From the NCBI RefSeq assembly GCF_006345805.1, contig NC_043003.1, forward strand, positions 86,800,001 through 86,864,000: a DNA stretch of 64,000 nucleotides, written 5' to 3'. Both the position numbers and the translations under genes were made by a program. Positions 1-11,774 of the stretch are shown one piece after another. The DNA comes from Octopus sinensis. Its lineage: Eukaryota. Position 1 is the first letter of the stretch; each line of letters begins with the position of its first letter. The notes under the pieces are model-generated. The model saw only the letters and a program-made list of their open reading frames with translations. It was not told the origin of the DNA and searched no databases.

Positions 1-165
<165 letters not shown>

Positions 166-199
166 TATATAGTATATATATATATATATGTAAATACTA

Positions 200-485
200 C
201 TGGATGTCACTCATAAGGTATTGGAATCTTACATATATACCATTCTGCCTAAAAAATGGATCTACAACTTCAATATCCCTACATATCTCACATCTATTTT
301 CTTTCCTCCACGTCACTCTCTATTCTGTATCCTATCTAAATTAAGTATTACTTAACCATCCTCTCCCACCGTCTCCGATGAAGGGATATAACTAATAAAT
401 ATCCTGGAAACAGCTGTAAGACCTTCTATCTATAAATGTTCTATCTACATAGCCTTGGTTTTTTTATCTCATTACGCAAAAAATT

Positions 486-528
<43 letters not shown>

Positions 529-537
529 ATATATATA

Positions 538-575
<38 letters not shown>

Positions 576-1560
576 TATAGATATATATATATATATATAT
601 ATAATATAATTAATTAATAAGGGTGAGAGAATTAGATATATATATATATATGTATGTATGTATGTTATATGTATATATATAGTGATAATAATAATCCATT
701 GATGGAATCATAAATAATCTAATGCATTACTACGCGTGTTTCCACAAATCATATGCTTCTTATGATCATAGTCCGCATTCCTGGGATGATTACAGAGCAA
801 TCCGTAATATCCATGGACATCAGGTAGATATTAGTTCACGCTTTCATATCATCAGGCGATATGGCATTAAAGTTGGAAACAACGAATGTATGACTGAAGG
901 ATAATACCCTGGGTGACAAAAACAAGGCCAAATTTGTGCAGCTAGACATATCGAAATACTACCAATCACTAAACCCAAGCTCTATTATTCGCAAAAAGTA
1001 ACTCCAACCCCACTAGAGATGAAATAGTTATAATTTTAGCGGCTTTGGACTCGTTCAGATAGGGAAGATGCATTCAACATAACAATGGGATCTAGCGACT
1101 CAACACAAGTAACGGATATAGTAGGAATATAGAATCTAGGTTCCCGAACTTAGTGGGTAGGAGATTATATAGAGATGACGCATTATTTACAGTACACAGA
1201 AGTAGTAACGTAAGAATATAAAGATGTAAGAAAAATCTTATTAAATTCTTTAAAAACTGGAAATAGAAATAGAAAAAATCATAGAGTTGTAAAATTCCTG
1301 GATGTAGAGCTTAACCTCAACGATGGAAAGTTCGAACCGTTCCATAAGCAAAATGAAAACTTAAAATGAAAGTCACGGACTCACGTATTTTCAATTCACA
1401 AATAAAATCTAAAATAGGTCGGGAATTCTTCTCAGCGTTAGACAAGCACTTCTCTAAATCTAGCAAATACCACAAAATCCTCAACATACATAATGTGAAA
1501 TTAGCATATATGACATCGCATAATCTAGAATACACAAATTAAACAACATAAAACTCAATA
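200..1560 (+). mobile_element. Degenerate Penelope-like retroelement (pLTR-like segment + RT remnants)
   Basis: Remnants KNKAKFVQLDISKYY, LYRDDALF (YRDD 1168-1179), VKFLDVELNLNDG, HKILNIHNVKLAY; hammerhead motif at 371-422. Confidence 0.75.
371..422 (+). ncRNA. Minimal type-I hammerhead ribozyme motif (Penelope-associated)
   Basis: Stem I GTCT/AGAC; core CCGATGA; stem II GGGATAT/ATATCCT; GAAA; stem III AC-AGCT-GT; cleavage triplet GTA at 416-418. Confidence 0.6.
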
Positions 1561-1948
1561 AGATAAAACTAGAGGGAGCTTACGGAAAAACTCTAGATCA
1601 AAACAAAATACTTCTTTATTGAGGCAGTACCTACTGTGAGTAAGGTCAAACCAATGAACTATACTACCTATCCCAACGTGTGCACACATAAATATCAAAA
1701 CAAGTATAGCCTCACCACACACTTCTCTCGTTTACTATTACCATTCCTTTCTTCCCTACCAAATACAAACAGAACTGCCCACATATTCCAATGAACCTTT
1801 TGATTGGTAAAAACTGATTAATATCTTTTGTTATTTCCAACTTTAATGCCATATCGTCAGATGAAATAAATGCATGAACTAAGATTCACATGATGTCCAT
1901 GAATATTACGGATTGTACTCTAATCCTCCTAGGAATATGGGCTATGAT

Positions 1949-2350
1949 CGTCCACCAAATTCACTGTCCGCCACCAAGTTCACATGTCACACTGAAGGAA
2001 AGCCCATGCACTCAAGCCGAAAACACATGTTTGCGAAGCGAAGTTCTAATCACTGAGCCATACATTAAGACTAACATACAACTCATCAAAACTAACGTGA
2101 TTTGTTTCTATCTCTTGCAGTAATACGTAAAATTTTTGCTTCACGCTTTTGACTGGCTTCATTTCTTCTTGTATTTCGTTTTGTAATTTTTCAATTCTTT
2201 TTTTACACCGAGCTTTGCTTCTTTTCCTTCTTATGTCTTTTGTTGCTTCTTGTAGCATATTTCTCCTCTGCAATTCACATCAAGCATTGGCTTCGTCTTG
2301 CGATAATCTTCATTTCCTTTACTGCAGTTCTTGATTTCACTGTCTTTTGA
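1949..2350. repeat. About 400-bp direct repeat, copy 1 (copy 2 at 3931-4330), probably Penelope-derived
   Basis: Near-identical sequence CGTCCACCAAATTCAC...TTCACTGTCTTTTGA at both sites. Confidence 0.85.
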
Positions 2351-2623
2351 GACTGTGGCCATGCTAGGGCACCAATCTGAAAGGTTTTAATCGAACGAAT
2401 CGATCTCAGTACTAATTTTTCTTTTTCTAGCCCGGTACTTATTCTCTCTGTCTCTTATGCTGAACCGCTAAGTCGTGGAGACGCAAACAAACCAATACCA
2501 GTTATTAGTAGGTAAGTGACAAACACAAGCACAGACATACACACACACACACACAAACACGCACATGCGCGCGCACATATCCTTTAAGTTCGTTTACGGG
2601 AAACGTATTTTAGGATAGATATC

Positions 2624-3238
<615 letters not shown>

Positions 3239-3626
3239 GATGGAATTTCTAGATATGTTAATCCATCACTACGCGCCTTTCAGATTGGTGCGCTAGCATG
3301 GCCACAGTCTAATGAAACAATTAAAAATTAATTACAATAAACGATTCAAAATATAACTACCAGAGGTCAGTGCCGTTTCAGCAGCATTATAAATTCCAAG
3401 ACAAATGACTGTACTGGGTCCTTATAATGCTTATTTTTTTTATTTAAAACTTTTGCACAAGGTCAACAATTTGGCGGGGAGGGGACAAGATGATTAAGCA
3501 TCAGTGCTCATCTGATATTTATTTTATCGCAGTCACTGAGCTGCGGCCATGCTGCTGTAATGACTTAAAAGATTTGGCCGATCAGATCAATTCCAATACT
3601 CATTTTTGTGCGCGCGTGTGTGTGTG

Positions 3627-3661
<35 letters not shown>

Positions 3662-3930
3662 TATCTGTCTGTCATTCTCTCTGGTATTTATTCAATCGAT
3701 TCCCTATGCTGAACTACTAAGTTTACGGAAACGCAAACAAACCATCACTAGTTGTTAAGCGGCGGATGGGTGACAAGCACAGAGACACACATACAGGCAT
3801 ATATAGAATTAAGCAGATAGACAAAGGCAGAGAGAGACAGAGACAGAGACAGAGACAGACAGAGACAGACAGACAGACCGATAGGCAAACTGACAGACAG
3901 AGACGACAACGACAGATTCTTACTTAGTTT

Positions 3931-4330
3931 CGTCCACCAAATTCACTGTCCGCCACCAAGTTCACATGTCACACTGAAGAAAAAGACATGCCGAAAACAC
4001 ATGTTTGCGAAGCGAAGTTCTAACCACTGAGCCATACATTAAGACTAACATACAACTCATCAAAACTAACGTGATTTGTTTCTATCTCTTGCAGTAATAC
4101 GTAAAATTCTTGCTTCGCGCTTTTGACTGGCTTCATTTCTTCTTGTATTTCGTTTTGTAATTTTTCAATCCTTCTTCTTTTTTGACGCCGAGCTTTGCTT
4201 CTTTTCCTTTTTATGTCTTTTGTTGCTTCTTGTAGCATATTTCTCCTCTTCAATTCACATCAAGCATTGGCTTCGTCTTGCGATAATCTTCATTTCCTTT
4301 GCTGCAGTTCTTGATTTCACTGTCTTTTGA
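3931..4330. repeat. About 400-bp direct repeat, copy 2
   Basis: Aligns to 1949-2350; both give the same minus-strand MLQEATKDI..RKRSKAR ORF. Confidence 0.85.
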
Positions 4331-4444
4331 AAAGTAGCCTCTTCACTACTTTACTCTGCTTTGCTCTCGCTGACAAACAAGCTTCATTATTCTATCTCTC
4401 TCTCTCATCCACTCTCTCTCATCCACTCTCTCTCTCTCTCTCAT

Positions 4445-4496
<52 letters not shown>

Positions 4497-4506
4497 TATA
4501 AATACA

Positions 4507-5778
4507 CAGACATGCCGGAAGTAAATAGACACTAATAATTTTCAAAATTTCTAATCTAAGCGTTTTAATATGTTTTCAGCAGTGTAGAATTTACAATGTA
4601 ATTATTCTTTTTCATTCCAGGTGCCATTATATTAAACATTTGTGAAGAATAACCATGCCACGCATATAAAATTCAGCAGAACTGCCAGATTTTCAAAGAG
4701 GTCCTGTTGTTGGACAATCTGAGGCTAGTCTTAGCCAGCGAAAAATTGCCGAAAACCTTCAGATTCCTCTTGCTACTGTTAATAGACTTATAGTGCAATT
4801 CAAAAACCAAGATAAAGAATCTACAGATTCTCGTCCCGGTCGACTTGGGCTCTCGGAAAGGAAGCTTTGCTGTTTGAAGAGAATTGTAAAAAAATGAACC
4901 CCGTTCGAAGGCTTCTGACATTGCAAAACAGCTAGAAGTTAGTCCAAGAACATGGGTTACATATCTGCATAAGCTTGGATATTATGGACGAGTACCTAGA
5001 AGAAAACCTCTCCTTCAACCAATTAATATCATGAAAAGAAAGAAATGGGCTAAGGAGATGTCAGAAAAATCCAGTTCATTTTGGGATAGAATGATTTTCT
5101 CAGATGAATCTAGATTTGCATTATTTTCAGACAGTGGACGTGTTTGGATTTGGAGGCTTCCCAATCAAGAATTTGATTTGAAACGACTCCAACCAACTGT
5201 GAAACATGGCGGTATTTCCGTTATGGTATGGGGAGCTGTTACCAGCAATGGTCGTTCTGAGCTGATCGAATGTGTTGGAACCATAAACTCTGAAAAATAC
5301 ATCGAAATACTTAAGCAAGGACTACTTCCGATGTATTCACACGATAACATAACGAAAAATAAGTTTTTATTCATGGAAGATGAGGCTCCATGCCACACAG
5401 CGAAAAGGAATCAACAATGGTTGACTGAAAATGGGATCAAAAAGCTTCCTTAGCCGAGCCAATCTCCTGACATGAACACAATTGAAAATCTTTCGAGCAT
5501 ACTAGATAGAGCAATACGAAAATCCCGACAGAAACCTAAATCTAAAGATAAATTGTTTCGATTGTTGCGTGAAAAGTGGACAGAAATTCCACAAGAGACA
5601 ATCACAAAGCTCATCAGTTCAATGCCAAAAAGAGTTTCTGGATTAAAAACTACAAAGGGAATGTCAACTAAATACTAAAGTATGTGGTCCTACCTAGCGA
5701 TTACATTTCAATTGTTCGCTTTGCGTATTAAATAAAATATTTTGAAAATTAAAGGTGTCTATTTACTTCCTGCATGTC

Positions 5779-5780
<2 letters not shown>
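4507..5780 (+). mobile_element. Tc1-like DNA transposon, full length, disrupted transposase
   Basis: TIRs CAGACATGCCGGAAGTAAATAGACAC / GTGTCTATTTACTTCCTGCATGTCTG, TA on the right; motifs [26 protein letters not shown]; in-frame stop near 5451. Confidence 0.9.
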
Positions 5781-5823
<43 letters not shown>

Positions 5824-5983
5824 TATATAGAAGGAGCTTCTACAGGACTAGAACTGTTTCATTCAAGAGAAATCTTCAACAGTTCTAGTCCTGTAGAAGC
5901 TCCTTCTATATAATAAATTAATTTTACTCTGCTATGTATTGAGTACCTTATTTACTGTGGTTAACCCGAATCAACCCGGGACC

Positions 5984-6046
<63 letters not shown>

Positions 6047-6159
6047 ATGATAATTACAAAATAAGGGCAAATTTAACCTTTAAATGTAATTTTTGATATG
6101 CTGGCCATTGGTAAAAAATTTTTTCCCGAAAAAAAAATTATCCTACATTAGTAGGATAT

Positions 6160-6480
6160 ATATTATTGTTATGGATTGGCCTGCTCCAAGCCCAGATCTT
6201 AATCCTATTGAAAATGTGTGGAATATTCTAGGAGAACGTTCGAAAGCCAGAAATCCTAAAACAACCGAGCAATTATGGAATGCTCTTCAGGAAGAATGGA
6301 ATAAGATCACCCAGCAAGAAATTGAAAATTTAATTTCCTCATGCAGTCGAAGATGTCAAAGAGTGATTGAAGCTAAAGGGCTTCACACTAAATATTAAAT
6401 AATTCCAGTATTCTCTATCATTTTTGATTATTTTGTTATTTTTTTCAACCGTTCTGATCATTTTGGCCGCCATGGGTTTT
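6160..6480 (+). mobile_element. Tc1 transposase C-terminal fragment (second family)
   Basis: MDWPAPSPDLNPIENVW...VIEAKGLHTKY. Confidence 0.85.
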
Positions 6481-6779
6481 GCAGTAAATCACTAAATCAT
6501 CCATAACTTTTGTATTATCCTCTCAAATTACACACCAAAATCTCAGACACTACCAATTAATATTGTATTTATTGTCTGTGAAAATTATAAAAAATAAAAC
6601 AACTTTGATAAAAACTTATACCTACTTTTCTGACGAAAACAATGCCATTCTCAACATTTTAGCCGCTACTTTATATATTACAAAAGAAATGTTGCACTGT
6701 AAAAAATTATTTGTTTCGCACTCAATATTGAGTTTATATGGATTTTATCACGTTTCTAGGTAATTTCACATCAGGAAGA

Positions 6780-7132
6780 TGTCACTGACCCACAACATCA
6801 CTCTCTTTTGAAAACACAGGGATTGTATGTAGGGTTCGAACACCCTCACTTTTTGTGGACATGGTAATGCTCAGGAACGCATCTTTATGAAAAGTATGAT
6901 GCACATGCAAAACGTTAACTCACTGGGTATAAAAGGCGCGTAAATTTACCAGTCTGTCATTCGCACACACACACCCACATGCGCAGGCACACATTTTTGC
7001 GTTGGACGTGTTATATCGTAAGTTGCTGCTGTAAGTTAATTTAATTGTTGAATTTGCCGTTGTTTTATTTGTTACCTTACTCCAATCTAAATAAAAGTGT
7101 CCGACGACGGGAACGTGAAACTCTGAGTAACA
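6780..7132 (+). mobile_element. Probable solo LTR (Gypsy-type)
   Basis: TGTCAC...GTAACA termini, TATAAAA at 6928, AATAAA at 7090; no intact TSD. Confidence 0.45.
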
Positions 7133-7176
7133 GTTTTGTGATAGTTTTGCTGCTTTTTACAAAGTATATACACTCA

Positions 7177-7213
<37 letters not shown>

Positions 7214-7479
7214 AGGGGGCGATAAACTCGAAGCAGATAAAGCTATGAATAATAGTGTGGAAACATTGGGGTTTGACAAGAGAAAGCTTCATCTGTTTGG
7301 AGTTACATTGTTCCAATACACAGACACACACATATAAATGTACTCACTCACACACACACACACACACACACACATACATACACACACATACACACATGGA
7401 GTAGATGCACTAAACCGTGATGTGTATGAATACAAACTTATTACTAGTTCAAATATGCTTGAGGCATATTTGGACTCGT

Positions 7480-8760
7480 AAGAATGTCATTCACTGTATT
7501 TTGTCGTAGACACGCCAAGTCAGTTCAAAGCACCCTCCAACCAGATAGCTGCATGCATTTCGGAGTGCTATATCTCCTCTTTAGCAGCAGAACCCAGAAA
7601 GGGGTACGCTACGAAGTGGTAAGAGATAATGGATATCTCATATTATATTATATTCCCCTCATCGTACTGTGACTTTTTACACTAATCGGTGGCTCACAGT
7701 AAATGAAATACGGGAGTACTAAGGAGTACTTATATACTATAAGCCCACGGACTCCAAGCAGTATCAACCGTTCAACTCATGCCACCCCAGACACACCAGA
7801 ATGAATATCCCCTTCGACCTAGCTAAAAGGATATGTACTATAGTTTCTAATGCAAACACTAGAGACACATGACAACATGAACTAAATGATACACTCATCA
7901 CCAGGAACTACTCGCCTTCACTAATTGACATATGCTTTCAACGTGCCCTTCAACTCAACATCCACGAGTTTAGACATCCCAAATTAAAGAAGGATTTACA
8001 ACCAAAAGCCCTACCATACATCTCCACACACAACCCTCTTAACAATGAAGCCTTCGACACCATCCTTCAAAACATTCCCCTGCTAAAAAAAAGGACCACA
8101 GAATGAACTTAATCCTCCAAACACACACCATCATAAAAAGCAAGCGACAACCTAAATCTATGAAAAGTTTCCTAACACAAGCCTGAATACGCTCAACAAC
8201 AACACAGAAGCCGTTAGTAAAAAAATGTGGAATACCCAAATGTGGGATATTCGTCAATTTAATTGGGGGTTCAGAGTTCTCCTTCAAACAGAGACAACGT
8301 TTCACAGTGAAAAGCAGCTTCACATGTACTTCGGAGAACATGATGTATGCACTTATCTGCTCTGGATGTCAAGAGCAATACATAGGCCAAACAAAAAAAC
8401 AGTCTACGTAAAAGGATGGCTCTGCACAGATCCCATATCAAAATTCTCCAAAACAAAAAAATAGCATTCAGCCAACACATCGATATTTGCGCCAATAACA
8501 AAAATCCAAGTTTCAGAATTTTTTCCCGCTACCAATTCAGGGACGATACAACCTGTGGCCAACGAATTAGTAAAGAGACTCTCTTTATTACAAGATACAG
8601 ACCCTTTTTGAACGCATCTCCAACAAACGGCCATAGAATAACACAAGCACACTCGCAAATATTAAAAATGATACACTCAAGATATTCCCAAGAATTCATT
8701 AAAAAACAGTCCCAATCACTGCTACAATTCATAACGAGTCACTTTTAGGTCACTTGACCA
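7480..8760 (+). mobile_element. Penelope-like element 3' part (RT thumb + GIY-YIG C-terminus), degenerate
   Basis: YYKPTDSKQY..FNSCHPRH..NIPFDLAKRICTIVS near 7735-7850; QHIDIC..F.IF..YQ..QR..KE..FI..Y.PFLN at 8470-8615; tandem repeat of the end at 8748 and 8977. Confidence 0.75.
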
Positions 8761-9023
8761 TTTAACATCCTACTACTATCATACCACCTGCATTCCTTTC
8801 TTATTCTCCCTTCTCTTTCTCCTTCTTCTTCGTTTTCTCCCTCTCCGCCACCTCCTCCCTAACTTTACTACTATTGCTGTTTAGAATAATACCTACGCAA
8901 ATTTTATAAACAATACATTCAAAATAGATTTTTCAAGAATTCAATTACTACTACCATCCACAACGGGTCACTTTCAGGGCACTTGACCATTTAACATCCT
9001 TCTACTATCATGGCACTCCCGCA

Positions 9024-9122
9024 TTCTTCTTCTTCTTCTTCTTCTTCTTCTTCTTCTTCTTCTTCTTCTTCTTCTTCTTCTCCTCCTCTTTCTTCTTCTT
9101 CTTCTTCTTCTTCTCCTTCTAC
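9024..9122. repeat. (TTC)n microsatellite
   Basis: Direct reading. Confidence 0.95.
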
Positions 9123-9410
9123 TTCTTTCCTGCCAAGAATTCACAACGACCTTGAACCCACAAGAGTAAACAAGAGAGACAGAGACAAGCAGAAACAAGG
9201 GAAATGCCCCTTGTATTTGAATACTATGCAAATATTCTTTTAAAAACTTTTCTTTTAATTTTTCCAAAATTTAATTGTTTTCCATAGTTACAGTTGAAAA
9301 GTCCAATCACTGAAACCGGTACTAAAATGTCTTTTATAAAATTATTTTAGCATTTTCTACCTTGAATTTTTCTCCATATATATCAACTCGTGTGTTCCTT
9401 TTCAACCTTC

Positions 9411-9463
<53 letters not shown>

Positions 9464-9478
9464 TAATATATATTATAT

Positions 9479-9510
<32 letters not shown>

Positions 9511-9554
9511 ATATATATATATATATAATATATATATATAATATATATATATAT

Positions 9555-9855
9555 ATATAAAACTGAAGTTGTGTGTGTGAGAGTCTGTCTACTCCGATTT
9601 AGATTCCTAACTACTCCCACATTTTGCGGTGCAGTTTAACCAAAAGCGGGTATCTTATAGCCGTGATTCATATCGAGGCCTTCTGAGTATTAGCGCGCGT
9701 CTACGATGAGTCTACGATTTTTTTTTTAAATTACCATCATTTTTTCGGATTTTTAATGCATTTTTTGCTCGGTTTATATAAGAGAAGTAACTCTCTAAAA
9801 ATGCTTATATAGTTATTTCCCTTACAAACCCGAGCAACACCGGGCGATACTGCTA

Positions 9856-9857
<2 letters not shown>
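9555..9857 (+). mobile_element. Non-autonomous Helitron-like element (3' end)
   Basis: Sub-terminal hairpin CCCG-AGCAACAC-CGGG (9829-9844) then CTAG|T at 9853-9857. Confidence 0.6.
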
Positions 9858-9925
<68 letters not shown>

Positions 9926-11519
9926 TTTTTTTTGTTCTCAATGAAAGTCTGCGCTCATCTCTTATCTACCAAACACACATCAATGATGTCATACATGATT
10001 TCTCTCTCTCTCTCTCTCCATGTTCCTCTCTTTATCTCTATTATTTAGTCGCTTTCCATATTTCCTTTCTTTTATCATGTTGCTTCACTACTGTAGAACT
10101 TTACTTTTCTTCATTCATTCGTCTTACATGCGTGAAAAGAAACAAAATATACGACAAAACAGAGAATTGAACTCGGTTAAAAGGTTTAACAAACTAACAG
10201 TCGTACTCCTTACCCAGTATAGTTTAAAGGAGTCAGGAAGATGAAATCAGCAATCTAACAATCAAGTTTTTTCTACACTAGATATTCAGCAGGCAATCTG
10301 CGAGAAATAATTTTAAACATAAAGTATAACCGATTGACGCTGATGATATTATGGTTTGGATCGTTGGTAATGTTTTGTTATTGCTATTTAGGTTGTTGTT
10401 GTTGTAGTTGTCGTCGTTGTGAGTGTTTTATGGAAGAAAGATAAATTAAATATTGAAGCATGATAGCAAGACATGGTAATCTTGAAAGATTTTTTTTTAT
10501 TTGTTAACTTTTTACATAAAGCAGTGAAACGTGCGAACATAATGCGGTATGATGCAGAATGCTTAGCGTAGTGTGATATCCATAATACAAAATAGTACAG
10601 TATTGTGTATGGGAAAATGCCAGTTGTTTCATATTTTAAATCAACGCTGATTTATTCTTAATACAACATATTTCAATGCGCAACTATTTCTTTATCGAAA
10701 AACATAACCGGAATATTTACTGTACTTGTCAAATATCTAACTCTCTACCATCTACATGTCACATTCAATTAAAATCGATATTTATCAATTATTGTAATTT
10801 TAATTTATTTAGATATAGGAGCAATCTTCCTTTCTCTACATGGCAAAAATTAATCATTTAGTAAATATATTTTGTTTTGATGCGAGGCCACTACTGAGTT
10901 TTGAACCATGGTTATCATATTGACCCAGATCAGAACCAGGACCGCTTATATTACAATAGAAGGAAAATTTGTATCTAAAAAGCATTAACACCTACTTAAT
11001 TATGGCTTGACCAATCAGCACTAGCTCCCAAGTGTGCGAGTTTTCTTGGCAAAACAGTTCTACCGAAGGTAGTTTACAGCTATAGAGAAAAAAACTGAAA
11101 ATTCAACCTCATAGCAGAACCAGTCAGCTGTCTAGAATAACGTGTCACTCGGCTCAGCGAATTCACTTTTCTTATTTAACGTGCTAATGTCGTATTCGAC
11201 AAAACGCACCGACCTTTAATGACAATGCACTATTTTCATTAGTATCTGGTGTGTTTCATTACTCATGATTCTTAAATGCTATGATGACCGTTCCATGGAC
11301 ATTGTTCCGTTAAATTAATATATGTTCACATGTAAAAATAAACGATTCAGGTAAATAAGATACTTGAAAACTCTGAAGAATATGATTGTGATTATTTTTG
11401 TTTTCAGACGCAGCCTATCACTGCGAATAATCAATGTAGAATAAGGGCTAACCACCACACTAAGCAGATTTTTTCCTGCTTTTTATTTTATGTTTTATAT
11501 TTTTTTTATTTGTTGTTAT

Positions 11520-11532
11520 TATTATCATTATT

Positions 11533-11591
<59 letters not shown>

Positions 11592-11605
11592 TATTATCAT
11601 TATTA
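11520..11605. repeat. (CAT)n/(ATT)n microsatellite
   Basis: Direct reading. Confidence 0.95.
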
Positions 11606-11774
11606 AAAAGCAAGGAGCTGGCAGAACCGTTGGCACGCTCAACATAATGGTTAGCGGCATTTCGTCCGACTTGATGTTGTGTGTTCCAATTCTGACGATG
11701 TAGTCGACTTCTCCTTCCCCTAAAAAACTGCTCCCTTCGTACCAAAATTTGAAACCATTATTATTACTGTTATT

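Noticed and set aside
5862-5870. TTCAAGAGA (the standard shRNA vector loop) in the 40-bp hairpin spacer
   Set aside because: It is embedded off-centre in a 19-nt spacer with no vector context; treated as coincidence
11351-11407. Strong GT/AG pair forming a 57-nt mini-intron
   Set aside because: The flanking sequences give no consistent open frame or recognisable protein
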